A stretch of DNA of 64,000 nt, taken from contig JAGWWK010000002.1 in NCBI GenBank assembly GCA_018970425.1, positions 72,068-136,067 of the forward strand, written 5' to 3'. Shown piece by piece: positions 39,567-48,873 of the stretch (its first letter is position 1; every line of letters begins with the position of its first letter). The translations under genes and the position numbers were made by a program. A model generated the notes under the pieces. The model made no database searches. It had not been told where the DNA came from and was given only the letters and a program-made list of their open reading frames with translations. Source of the stretch: Patescibacteria group bacterium. GTDB taxonomy: Bacteria; Patescibacteriota; Minisyncoccia; Phycocordibacterales; Phycocordibacteraceae.

Positions 39567-42431
39567 CTACAGCTGCTTTTTTAGCTGCGCATACTTCTCT
39601 CTGATCTCGTCCTCAACGGCAGCGCGCGGTCTTCCGAAGCGCTGGAACGACAATTGCTTCAGTGTCTCTATATTAACTGCATCACCAGATACATATGGCA
39701 GTGCGTCAAGCGTAAATGGAGGGAGCGGTGAGTTGTTTGCGAGGAGGCGCACATACGCACTAAAGTTCGGAATTTTCAGCACATCGGTGGGTGAAAATAT
39801 GGGAGTTAACTGCTTTGAAAGAAACTCGGCGTCATCGGGTCCCACGCGAAACACGGCCATAGAGCCGACATTTCCGAACACTGCGTCGCGGATGCGCGGG
39901 TACAGTTGTCCTAAAAATTGGTGCGCCATCGTAAGCGAGAGACCGAACTTTCTTGCCTCGGCAAGGATAGTTGATATTGAGTCGGTCGAAATGTTTTGGA
40001 ACTCGTCGAGATAGAGGTAAAACGGCGGCGGTTTTTTACTCGGATCGCGCGCAAGCGCGGTCATAAGAAACTTGCCTACGATGATGAGACCGATAAGGTT
40101 TGCGTTTTGATCGCCGAGGCGACCCTTCGACAGGTTTACCAAGAAAATTTTCTTGCTGTCCATTATGTCTTTGAAGTTGAACGAGCTTCGCTGCTGCCCT
40201 ACGATCGGTCGCATGATCTCATTCGCAATAAAGATGTCGAACTTTGAGGTAATGTACGGCACAATGTTTTTAAGCGACCCCTCGCCGGAGACGCGCTCTG
40301 CAATATCTTCCCAGAAATGGGATACCACTTCGTTCTTACAGCGCGAGAGCTTGAGGCGACGGTAACTCTCATCAGAAAGCACGCGTGCAATGTCCATGAG
40401 CGTCGAGCCGGTGTCTGGATCCTCGACCACGAGGAGTGCTGCGTTTCTAAAGTACTGCTCGAAAATCGGACCAAATGCCTCGGGCACTTGCCCGTAGAGC
40501 TTTTGAAATATCTTGAAAAGCTCGTCTACAACGAACGTTTTTTGCTCTGGAAAGCGCGGATCGTACTCGAGCATGTTGAGTCCCATCGGCCGGTCGGTAA
40601 ATGCTGGATCAAAGTAGATCACATCGTCGTACCGCTCTTTTGGAATGCGCGAGAGAATGTCAATTACATCCGCACCATGCGGGTCAACAAAGCAGACACC
40701 CTCGCCATTTTCGATATCTTGAATGATGAGGTTTTTGAGAAAATTGGTTTTACCGGTACCGGTCTGACCTATCACATAGAGGTGACGCAGTCGATCGTTC
40801 GGCGTCATGCGTATATCTACTGTCACGCCTGCATGAGTATTTCTGCCAAGAAGTACTCCTGATGTCGGGACACCAAGAGGCGCAGGTGCGTACTTGCCGC
40901 CAGCGGTTTTAGCCTCGCGGCTCGTAGTACCACCGGCAATCGCGAGATGGAACACGGTTGCGAGCTCTTGAAGGTTCATAGGCATACAGGGACTTGCATA
41001 CAGGAGCGGAGAGCGTATCTTCTCAAAGAACTCATTGTACAAAGCGCCCCAAAAGGACTCGATGGGTCCGGGATCAAACGTGCGGAAAATAAACGATCGG
41101 AGGAGCGCATGCTCATCGCGAGCGGTTTTCGGAAAGCGGACTTTAAAGCGATTGCCCTGTATGTCCTCGAACTGGTTTAGAACGAGCTCGAACTCATGCA
41201 TCAGCGCGTCGGCTCGCTGCGCGGTGCGTGCCGACACCACAAAACGCATATTGACGCCCGATATGACGCTCCGCATTTTTTTCTCTATCTGGTTTACCTG
41301 AATAGCATCTGCCTCGTAGTCTTTTTCTTTTTTCTCTTTGGAAGAGAAAATATCCATGACAGTGCTCAAGAATTTGGGCGCATGTTTCCGCATAAAGGAA
41401 AGACGTCCGAGCAGTCGGTGTTTCCGGTACACCTCCGCGCCCGACATCTTGCCGGACCGTAGGTCATCGAGCACTGACTTAAACCGTTTAGTCCAATACT
41501 CCCCCGCTGACGCGACGGAAAACTGGAGCGCCGCACCCTCACCCTCTTTTGACATCCGCGACATGACCGCGAGGAGCTGGTTGAGCGGATCATTCACGAA
41601 CTGATCGGCCGTTCGTATAGGAAGGCACATTGGCCGATACAGCGTTAGGTACGCAATACGCGTCACCCCGAATTGATTGAAAGGGTTGTAATCTTTTTTG
41701 AGTTCGTGCACGTGCGCATCATGGAAGTGCGCATGTATCTGCTTTTCAAACAGCTCCCGACGCTTCCGAGGCACCGCAACATAGAACACTGCATCCTCTT
41801 CTGCTGAAGAGACGGCGAGTTCCATAGTAAAGTGGTCTTTGTGAATGGCGCGGCGCTTCCTCCAGTCCTTGAAAAAAATCATATCGGGGAGCCCGGCAAA
41901 CGGAATGACTGCCTGGTAGAGGAGCTCCATCTGCGTCACGATGTCCGTCAGTGACCCGCCATGATTCCCACTCATCTCTGGCACCGTCACCTCAAGTACC
42001 GTAAAGTCGAGCGCACGGCCTATGTCGCTTTTCGGGTCAAGACCGGGTATAGACGTACCCTCAGCACGCATCGAGGTGAGGAGATTGTGGAAATCGTCTT
42101 CTAGGTGCGGATTTTTAATTCGATCAAGTTCGCGAAGCGCGGCCGGAAGACCTCGCTCGTTTAAAATGGAGAGGAGCTCCTCCATATCTTTGTCATTGGC
42201 CTCAGGGGTGAGTTGTACTTTGAACTCGGGCTTTCTCTCGATGGGTTGCGTGGGGATCATTGGCCCCTCCACAGGCATGTCGAGTATGTCATCGTGAGAC
42301 TGAGAAGCCCCGCGTCTGCCGCCGCCGTACCCGCCGCTTCGCGTATCTTCTTTCTGCTTATTCAAATTCTGCTCTGGGGAGAGATTTTTTTCAGGCGGCG
42401 CGTCGAAACTTGGAACCCCTGGGTTCACCAT
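39567..42431 (-). CDS. large soluble VirD4/TraG/TrwB-like (type IV coupling protein family) P-loop ATPase with a ~500-aa N-terminal domain of unknown function
   Basis: 954 aa. Walker A GQTGTGKT, Walker B YLYLDEFQNI, a TMAHQFLGQL motif typical of T4CP/HerA-FtsK-like ATPases. No N-terminal TM helices. Confidence 0.65.
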   Translation of the reverse strand: MVNPGVPSFDAPPEKNLSPEQNLNKQKEDTRSGGYGGGRRGASQSHDDILDMPVEGPMIPTQPIERKPEFKVQLTPEANDKDMEELLSILNERGLPAALRELDRIKNPHLEDDFHNLLTSMRAEGTSIPGLDPKSDIGRALDFTVLEVTVPEMSGNHGGSLTDIVTQMELLYQAVIPFAGLPDMIFFKDWRKRRAIHKDHFTMELAVSSAEEDAVFYVAVPRKRRELFEKQIHAHFHDAHVHELKKDYNPFNQFGVTRIAYLTLYRPMCLPIRTADQFVNDPLNQLLAVMSRMSKEGEGAALQFSVASAGEYWTKRFKSVLDDLRSGKMSGAEVYRKHRLLGRLSFMRKHAPKFLSTVMDIFSSKEKKEKDYEADAIQVNQIEKKMRSVISGVNMRFVVSARTAQRADALMHEFELVLNQFEDIQGNRFKVRFPKTARDEHALLRSFIFRTFDPGPIESFWGALYNEFFEKIRSPLLYASPCMPMNLQELATVFHLAIAGGTTSREAKTAGGKYAPAPLGVPTSGVLLGRNTHAGVTVDIRMTPNDRLRHLYVIGQTGTGKTNFLKNLIIQDIENGEGVCFVDPHGADVIDILSRIPKERYDDVIYFDPAFTDRPMGLNMLEYDPRFPEQKTFVVDELFKIFQKLYGQVPEAFGPIFEQYFRNAALLVVEDPDTGSTLMDIARVLSDESYRRLKLSRCKNEVVSHFWEDIAERVSGEGSLKNIVPYITSKFDIFIANEIMRPIVGQQRSSFNFKDIMDSKKIFLVNLSKGRLGDQNANLIGLIIVGKFLMTALARDPSKKPPPFYLYLDEFQNISTDSISTILAEARKFGLSLTMAHQFLGQLYPRIRDAVFGNVGSMAVFRVGPDDAEFLSKQLTPIFSPTDVLKIPNFSAYVRLLANNSPLPPFTLDALPYVSGDAVNIETLKQLSFQRFGRPRAAVEDEIREKYAQLKKQL

Positions 42432-42448
42432 ACGCCTAGTATAACGCG

Positions 42449-43219
42449 CTACAGAACGGTCAGTATTTCTGCTTCACCTGCGCGAATGGCTACCGTGTGC
42501 TCCCAGTGTGCCGCGCGAGTACCGTCTTTTGTCACATATGTGTAGCCGTCAAACTTGAGACGGAGGCGCGGAGTACCGAGGGTAAACATAGGTTCAATCG
42601 CAAGCACCATTCCCGGCTCGAGTAACTCGCCCTCGCCCGCGTCACCCACGTTCGGCACATACGGCTCCTCGTGGACCGCATGCCCGACTCCGTGCCCGCC
42701 AAGTTCAAATACAATACCGTATCCTGCGCGGACTCCCGCCTTTTCAACCGCCGCTGAAATATCTCCTATGCGACCACCTCCTCGAGCCGCCGCAATACCG
42801 GCGTAGAGCGCGTCACGCGTTGCCTCCGCGAGCGCCGCGTCTTCCTGACGCGCAGTGCCGGCAATCACCGTGACCGCGTGGTCGGTTATGAGTCCAGCAT
42901 GGAGTACTCCGCCGTCGAGCTTTACCACATCACCGTCTTTAATGACGCGATTATTTTCAGTAGGTATACCGTGTACCACCTCCTCGTTAACCGATATGCA
43001 AATAGCGGACGGGAATGCTCGCTTGGCGCCACGCGGGCGATAGTTTAAAAACGCGGGCACATCGCCTGCAGCGCGAACTGTTGCCTCGAATTGGTCATTG
43101 AGCTCCTTGAGAGTCACCCCGGGACGTACACCGTCTCGAGTAACTGCTATCGCGTGCGCGAGGCGTTTACCACCTTCGCGAAGCGCGATGATTTCCGCCT
43201 CTGTCTTGATACGTGCCAT
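42449..43219 (-). CDS. map: methionine aminopeptidase type I
   Basis: 256 aa. Metal ligands in pita-bread fold (D..D..H..E..E pattern). Typical MAP sequence. Confidence 0.9.
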   Translation of the reverse strand: MARIKTEAEIIALREGGKRLAHAIAVTRDGVRPGVTLKELNDQFEATVRAAGDVPAFLNYRPRGAKRAFPSAICISVNEEVVHGIPTENNRVIKDGDVVKLDGGVLHAGLITDHAVTVIAGTARQEDAALAEATRDALYAGIAAARGGGRIGDISAAVEKAGVRAGYGIVFELGGHGVGHAVHEEPYVPNVGDAGEGELLEPGMVLAIEPMFTLGTPRLRLKFDGYTYVTKDGTRAAHWEHTVAIRAGEAEILTVL

Positions 43220-43223
43220 ACCA

Positions 43224-43817
43224 CTACATTTCTGAAAACTTGGCCATCACCGCGGTATGGATATCATCAATTGAGCCTATACCGTTCACGTCTAAGACAG
43301 CACCTTTTTCTCGGAAGAACTGGAGCGCGGGCGCTGTCTCGCGCTCATACGCCTCAAAGCGAATCGCAATCTTCTGCTCTGAATCTGAGTCGGGGCGATT
43401 GCCTGCCTTGGCGCGTAGGATCTGTCGAGCCCGAGCATCATCTTCCGAGATGTCGAGATTGATAACGCGGTACGGACGCCCAAGCCAGCCGGTGACCTCA
43501 TGAAAAAGTTCTGCTTGCGCGAGCGTGCGTCCAGAGCCCTCGAAAATAAGACCGGCCTCGGGTGAGAGGTAGATCATGGCATCGATCGTCAGGTAGTCTG
43601 CGAACCAGTTTGGAATCAGGCGCCCAGCATCGTATTCACGCCTGATATGCTCGCCCAAGGTGTCACGATGCTCGCGGAGCTCGCGAAACTTTTCTCCCGT
43701 TGATACAACATGGAAACCCGTTGCCTCTGACATGAGGCGGGCCTGCGTCTCCTTACCGGAACCCGGGCGGCCCATAAATAGAATGGTTCGAGCCGGACCG
43801 TGCTTAGCGTGTGGCAT
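43224..43817 (-). CDS. adk: adenylate kinase (short LID)
   Basis: P-loop GRPGSGKETQ, AMP-binding and short LID regions. Confidence 0.85.
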   Translation of the reverse strand: MPHAKHGPARTILFMGRPGSGKETQARLMSEATGFHVVSTGEKFRELREHRDTLGEHIRREYDAGRLIPNWFADYLTIDAMIYLSPEAGLIFEGSGRTLAQAELFHEVTGWLGRPYRVINLDISEDDARARQILRAKAGNRPDSDSEQKIAIRFEAYERETAPALQFFREKGAVLDVNGIGSIDDIHTAVMAKFSEM

Positions 43818-43821
43818 GTCT

Positions 43822-44397
43822 TTACTCTAGCACGTAGCCCTCTTTTTTTAGAATAGCGACAACCTCCTCTATCGCAGCGTTGAGCCTGCCCTCCTCGTTT
43901 ACAATCCGATAGTCGTACCATGGCGCCTCGTCAGCAATCTCGCGACGAGTAAAGGCGAGTCGCTCTTCCCACTCGGCCTCGGTCATTGCGGAGCGCGCGC
44001 GCACGCGGTGCTCAAAGGCGTCTAATGAGCCCGGCATTATAAAAAAGGTTGTGGCTCCATACTGCTCTTTAAGGTAGCGAGCGCCGACGATCTGAATCTG
44101 AAACGCAACGATCTTCCCATCGCGAAGCTTAGCGTCAAGATCGGGCTTATACAGTCCATAGTAGGTATCGGTGTCAGCGCGGTGATAGTGCTCAGGAATC
44201 TGCCCTTCGTCAACTCGCGTTAAAAAATCTTCGCGAGAGAGGAAATAGTAATTCACTCCCGACTCTTCCTGCGGGCGAGGGCTACGTGTTGTCGCGTTAA
44301 CCGCAAACACGATGCGCGGGTACCGTGCGATGAGACCTCGAATAATTGAGTCTTTACCACTTCCCGTAGGACCCGCTATAGCAAAGACATTCTTCAT
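43822..44397 (-). CDS. gmk: guanylate kinase
   Basis: P-loop GPTGSGKDS, TTRSPRPQEESGVNYYF GMP-binding motif. Confidence 0.8.
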   Translation of the reverse strand: MKNVFAIAGPTGSGKDSIIRGLIARYPRIVFAVNATTRSPRPQEESGVNYYFLSREDFLTRVDEGQIPEHYHRADTDTYYGLYKPDLDAKLRDGKIVAFQIQIVGARYLKEQYGATTFFIMPGSLDAFEHRVRARSAMTEAEWEERLAFTRREIADEAPWYDYRIVNEEGRLNAAIEEVVAILKKEGYVLE

Positions 44398-44463
44398 ACG
44401 AGCAGTGTAACAAAAAACCTCCTAGTCGCGCTGAGAGAGCCACGGCGCGAGCACAGCGGCTGC

Positions 44464-45735
44464 TTAGTACTCTCTGAGAGAGATCTGTGCGTCGATTTTG
44501 CGGACGACGTCGAGAACGACGGACACCACAATGAGGAGCGCAGTACCACCAATAGCCAAGGAGGCAATACCGGTGACGTTCTCAACAATGAGTGGGAAGA
44601 CGGCAATGACGCCCAGAAAGACCGCGCCCACGAGCGTGATGCGTGTAATGACACGACCGATGTACTCCGCAGTGGTCTGTCCTGGCCGAACGCCCGGAAC
44701 AAACGCACCGTTTTTCTGTAGATTCTGCGCCATCTGCTGTGGGTCAAAGGTAATAGCGGTAAAGAAGTAGGTGAACAAAATAACACAGAGGAAGTAGAGA
44801 ACTCCGTAGACTACCGATGCGCCGGTATAGGTCGTAAGCATTGTGGCAAGCGCAGAGAGTGCGCCGAGTCCGGCATTAGCGAGGTACGCAAGGCCGATTT
44901 CAGGAAGCGAGAGTATTGAGAGCGCGAAAATGATTGGCATCACGCCTGCCTGGTTCAAACGTAGCGGTAGATAGGTAGGAACACCGCCTGAAACTGCCGT
45001 TCCCACAACGCGCTTAGCGTAGGTAACGGGTATTGGCCGCTCTGCCTCGGATATGTACACAACTGCATACGTTACCGCGAGCGCAACCGCACTGAAACCA
45101 ACATAGAGAGGGATCTGCGACGGGTCAAAGGTAAACAAAAGCTGTGCGATGGTCGAAGGCAATGTCGCGACGATGCCGGCGAAAATGATGAGTGACACGC
45201 CGTTCCCGATACCGTACTCAGTGATAAGCTCACCGATCCACATAAGGAGCATTGAACCCGCGACCGCGACCGCGACATTCATAGCGAAGAAGAACCAGTT
45301 GCCGTGTATTAAAATGCCTTGCGCCTGAAAGTAAAGCAACAAACCGACTGCCTGAATGATGGCAAGCGGTACGGACAATACGCGCGCATACTGCGAAAAG
45401 CGCCGGCGACCGATCTCCCCCTCCTCGGTGTACATCGCCTTCAGTTTTGGCGCGATAACCGTCCCGAGCTGCATGATGATAGACGCCGTAATGAACGGCG
45501 CGACGCCGAGCATGACGATAGAGAGGTTTGAAAGTCCTCCGCCGGTAAATACGTTTAAAAATCCGAGTGCCTGCGACTGTGCAAAAAAGGTTTCGAGCCG
45601 CAGGGCGTCAATGCCCGGAAGTGGTATGACCGCAAGTGCGCGGAACAAGATAAGACCTCCGATCATGAAGCCGAGCTTTCGCATGATCGACGGATCCGTA
45701 AGGATAAGTCGTAGCTTTTGCGTGAGTGCCTGCAT
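44464..45735 (-). CDS. secY: preprotein translocase subunit SecY
   Basis: 10-TM SecY sequence. Likely start at ATG 45735, just overlapping the rplO stop. The ORF track start at 45783 would overlap rplO. Confidence 0.9.
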   Translation of the reverse strand: MQALTQKLRLILTDPSIMRKLGFMIGGLILFRALAVIPLPGIDALRLETFFAQSQALGFLNVFTGGGLSNLSIVMLGVAPFITASIIMQLGTVIAPKLKAMYTEEGEIGRRRFSQYARVLSVPLAIIQAVGLLLYFQAQGILIHGNWFFFAMNVAVAVAGSMLLMWIGELITEYGIGNGVSLIIFAGIVATLPSTIAQLLFTFDPSQIPLYVGFSAVALAVTYAVVYISEAERPIPVTYAKRVVGTAVSGGVPTYLPLRLNQAGVMPIIFALSILSLPEIGLAYLANAGLGALSALATMLTTYTGASVVYGVLYFLCVILFTYFFTAITFDPQQMAQNLQKNGAFVPGVRPGQTTAEYIGRVITRITLVGAVFLGVIAVFPLIVENVTGIASLAIGGTALLIVVSVVLDVVRKIDAQISLREY

Positions 45736-45736
45736 G

Positions 45737-46189
45737 CTAGGCTTCAATAGAACCGCCCGCACGCTCAACTGCCGCGCGTGCATCTGCTGATGCCGCGATG
45801 CCCTTGACTATCGTGAGCTTCTTAGTGAGCGCGCCGCGCGCGAGGATCTTCATTGGTGGAACGTTACCCGAAACGCGTCTGACGATACCGTTTTTGATGA
45901 GCGCTGGAACTGTGACACGATCGCCAGCTGAAAACGCGCGCTCAAGAGCTTCAAGCGTCACGATGGCATGCGGAACCATGGGTCTCACTGTGCGTGAGCG
46001 GTTCTTGCCAAAGCCACGACGCTTTGGCATCTTCTTGATGATGTCGCGCCACTCTGGTCGGCGCTTGTTGCCGGCGCGCGCAGTTTGACCCTTGCCGCCG
46101 CGTCCGCTTGTCTTACCGCGCTTACCACCGCGGCCGACACGGCGTGCCTTCTTAAGTCCTTGCGGTCGTGAGAGTGATGAGAGGGTCAT
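45737..46189 (-). CDS. rplO: 50S ribosomal protein L15
   Basis: Gly/Arg-rich N-terminus, typical L15. Follows rpsE directly, so no L30 gene between them. Confidence 0.9.
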   Translation of the reverse strand: MTLSSLSRPQGLKKARRVGRGGKRGKTSGRGGKGQTARAGNKRRPEWRDIIKKMPKRRGFGKNRSRTVRPMVPHAIVTLEALERAFSAGDRVTVPALIKNGIVRRVSGNVPPMKILARGALTKKLTIVKGIAASADARAAVERAGGSIEA

Positions 46190-46199
46190 AAATATGAAA

Positions 46200-46778
46200 T
46201 TACTTTTTGAGCTTCTTGAGAGCGTCGACTGCGGCGCGTGCGATGTTGAGCTTGTTCTTAGAACCGGAGAGGATCTTGCTGGTCACGTCTTTAATGCCGG
46301 CAAGCTCGAGCACTGTTTTGACCGATGAGCCGGCGACAATACCGCGATCCGGCGCAGGGCGGATTTCTACAATACCAGAGCTGTTTTTTGCCATGACATC
46401 GTGCGGAATAGACATCTGCTCTGTAGTGCGGACGCGGAACATGTTGCGCTTCGCGTCGCGAAATGCCTTGTCTACAGCAAGCGCCGTGTCGCCTCCCTTT
46501 CCAATACCAATACCGACGCGACCCTTGCGGTCACCGGCAACAATAGCCGCAGAAAATGAGAAACGGCGTCCGCCTGCCACAACACGGGCAACACGGCGGA
46601 GCTGGATGATCTTTTGATCAAACTCGGATCGTGGCTTTTCCTCGCGACGGCGCGGTGCTCCACGGCGACCTCGGTCACCACGATCTCCGCGACCTCGACC
46701 GGCGCGCTCGCGCGGTGCTTCCGCGAACGTTGACTCGACTCCCGGATTCTCAGTTACTGGTTGTGGTTGATCAGTCAT
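46200..46778 (-). CDS. rpsE: 30S ribosomal protein S5
   Basis: S5 dsRBD and C-domain. Arg/Gly-rich N-terminal extension. Confidence 0.9.
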   Translation of the reverse strand: MTDQPQPVTENPGVESTFAEAPRERAGRGRGDRGDRGRRGAPRRREEKPRSEFDQKIIQLRRVARVVAGGRRFSFSAAIVAGDRKGRVGIGIGKGGDTALAVDKAFRDAKRNMFRVRTTEQMSIPHDVMAKNSSGIVEIRPAPDRGIVAGSSVKTVLELAGIKDVTSKILSGSKNKLNIARAAVDALKKLKK

Positions 46779-46783
46779 AAAAT

Positions 46784-47140
46784 TTAAAATTGAAGTCCTG
46801 CTTCGCGAGCCGCGTCGGCGAGTGCCTGGACACGGCCGCCGTAGGTAAAGCCGCCGCGGTCGAACACAACTTTAGTAATACCCTTCGCAATCGCTGCCTT
46901 GGCTACCTCTGCGCCAACCTTCTTTGCCTGCTCAAGCTGTGAGAGCTTAGATCCTCCGAGTGAAGTCGCTGCAGCAAGCGTGGTTCCCGTATCATCATTG
47001 ATCACCTGCGCGTACACATACTTGTTTGAGCGGAATACAGCAAGACGAGGGCGCACATCGGTGCCATGCACCGAGCCACGAATCCGGCGATGGCGCCGCG
47101 CTCGGAGATCTGCTTTTGTCTTTGGTGTGAGTTTAGACAT
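46784..47140 (-). CDS. rplR: 50S ribosomal protein L18
   Basis: Typical L18 sequence. Confidence 0.9.
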   Translation of the reverse strand: MSKLTPKTKADLRARRHRRIRGSVHGTDVRPRLAVFRSNKYVYAQVINDDTGTTLAAATSLGGSKLSQLEQAKKVGAEVAKAAIAKGITKVVFDRGGFTYGGRVQALADAAREAGLQF

Positions 47141-47151
47141 ACGAGGAATGA

Positions 47152-47688
47152 TTACGCTGCGGCCTTCTTACCCTGCTTCTCACGCACGTACTCACCGGCG
47201 TAGCGGATACCTTTGCCCTTGTACGGTTCAGGCTTCTTAATTGCGCGAACATTTGCCGCAAACTGTCCAACGGCCTCTTTATCAATACCTGAAATGGTAA
47301 TGTTATTTTTCTCCACAGCCGCGTCGACTCCTGCTGGGATCGTAATGATGACCGGGTGTGAGAATCCTACCTGGAATTTAAGGTTCCGCCCCTGAAGCTC
47401 TACTTTGTATCCGATACCTTGAAGCTCGAGCTTCTTTTCATACTTCGCAGTTACTCCGCGGAGCATATTTTTGACATGTGAGGTAAAGGTCCCCGAGAGC
47501 GCGCGAGAAAGCTTATTGGTAGCGCGTGGCGTGACAAGAACGCCGTCCGCACCAACCTCTATAGAAACTGATGGGTGCACTGCTTTCGTAAGTTCACCAA
47601 GAGGGCCGCGCACTGATAGCGCACCGTTAGTCATCGTGACGGTTACATTTGCGGGGACTGCGATGCTGTTTTTGGCAAGTCGAGACAT
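47152..47688 (-). CDS. rplF: 50S ribosomal protein L6
   Basis: Two-domain L6 sequence. Confidence 0.9.
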   Translation of the reverse strand: MSRLAKNSIAVPANVTVTMTNGALSVRGPLGELTKAVHPSVSIEVGADGVLVTPRATNKLSRALSGTFTSHVKNMLRGVTAKYEKKLELQGIGYKVELQGRNLKFQVGFSHPVIITIPAGVDAAVEKNNITISGIDKEAVGQFAANVRAIKKPEPYKGKGIRYAGEYVREKQGKKAAA

Positions 47689-47693
47689 AGTGG

Positions 47694-48089
47694 TTACCAG
47701 ATTGCGAACATTGTCTCTCCGCCTACCCGGTTACGGCGTGCGTCAGCATCGGTCATGATGCCGCGCGGAGTTGTGATAACGACGTGCCCTTTCCCATTTT
47801 TATAGCTGTGCATATCGCGAACAGGCGCATACAGTCTGCGGCCTGGTTTGGAGATACGCTTAACGCCGTGAATGCGCGGCTCGCCGTCTGGGTCATAGAT
47901 GAGCTCGACTGTGAGCGTCTTGTGCGCACCGTCTGCGTCTTCAGTAATCTCCCCGAGGTAGCCCTCGCGTTTCAGTACAAGCGCGATCTGATGCTTAAGG
48001 TTTGAAAACGGAACAGATACATGCGTCTTGCGCACCGCAACGGCGGTAGTGAGACGGTTAATGAAATCGCCAATGACGTCAGTGACCAT
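47694..48089 (-). CDS. rpsH: 30S ribosomal protein S8
   Basis: MVTDVIGDFINRL... The ORF track start at 48170 would overlap rpsN; the ATG at 48089 was chosen. Confidence 0.9.
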   Translation of the reverse strand: MVTDVIGDFINRLTTAVAVRKTHVSVPFSNLKHQIALVLKREGYLGEITEDADGAHKTLTVELIYDPDGEPRIHGVKRISKPGRRLYAPVRDMHSYKNGKGHVVITTPRGIMTDADARRNRVGGETMFAIW

Positions 48090-48093
48090 AGAG

Positions 48094-48363
48094 TTACCAG
48101 GATGCTTTAGTAACACCGGGAAGCTCGCCACGGCGCGCCATTTCCCTAAACTGCTGGCGTGAGACGCCAAACTGGCGCATATAGGACTTTGCGTGGCCGG
48201 TTATTGAGCAGCGGTTTTTAATACGGACCGGGCATGCATTTTTCGGAAGCTTCTGGAGAGCTTCGTAATCTCCCGCAGCCTTAAGAGCTGCGCGCTTTAC
48301 CGCATAGCGCTCCGCCATGCGCATTCGCTTTGTATTTCGGGCGAGTTGTGACTTTTTAGCCAT
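48094..48363 (-). CDS. rpsN: 30S ribosomal protein S14 (long, non-zinc type)
   Basis: 89 aa, [13 protein letters not shown]... ending ...[13 protein letters not shown]. Confidence 0.85.
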   Translation of the reverse strand: MAKKSQLARNTKRMRMAERYAVKRAALKAAGDYEALQKLPKNACPVRIKNRCSITGHAKSYMRQFGVSRQQFREMARRGELPGVTKASW

Positions 48364-48432
48364 ACTTTCGCGCCTTCAGGGCGTCCTCGTATCAATAAAG
48401 ATAAAAGAATGTGCGCCTTAAACGCTTTGGGC

Positions 48433-48461
48433 ATACTACCACCCGCTACCTCGGCGGTCAA
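48433..48461 (-). promoter_or_regulatory. sigma70-like promoter TTGACC-N17-TAGTAT upstream of rpsN
   Basis: On the minus strand, the -35 TTGACC lies at 48456..48461 and the -10 TAGTAT at 48433..48438, ~70 nt upstream of the rpsN start. It would re-initiate the downstream spc genes after the inserted module. Confidence 0.4.
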
Positions 48462-48486
48462 CAGGCGCCTTAGCGCCCCACCCTGC

Positions 48487-48873
48487 CTATAGATGCTTCC
48501 TCTGCCAAGCCAAAATGCAGAGCGACCCTACAACAAAAAGCATCGACATAAGGAATGCGACCGAACTCTTGTCAAAGCCGTAGAGGAAATCAGTGCGGTA
48601 CTCGGGCGCTAAAAATACTGCAAGCACTGACATAGGGATCCATACTAGTGCAAAGCTGCTCCATGTATTAAATATTTTTTTTGACGTACGAGAAACAAGG
48701 AGAAAAGTCAAAAAGAATATAATGAAAGGCTGAAGTGGGAGGCCGAAAAAATAGTTCCAGCTCATGCACCAACGCCAACTATCTCCGCACAAGTAGAAAG
48801 GTTGAAGCGCTCCAGAAATCAAAGCTAAAGCAGCTCCAATACCGAGAAACGTCATCCAAGTTTTTGTGTTCAT
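48487..48873 (-). CDS. small 4-TM membrane protein, AT-rich, paired with the lipase-like gene
   Basis: 128 aa, Trp/Phe-rich TM protein. 4-nt overlap (ATGA) with the upstream 1049-aa gene. Markedly lower GC than flanking ribosomal genes by eye. Confidence 0.45.
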   Translation of the reverse strand: MNTKTWMTFLGIGAALALISGALQPFYLCGDSWRWCMSWNYFFGLPLQPFIIFFLTFLLVSRTSKKIFNTWSSFALVWIPMSVLAVFLAPEYRTDFLYGFDKSSVAFLMSMLFVVGSLCILAWQRKHL

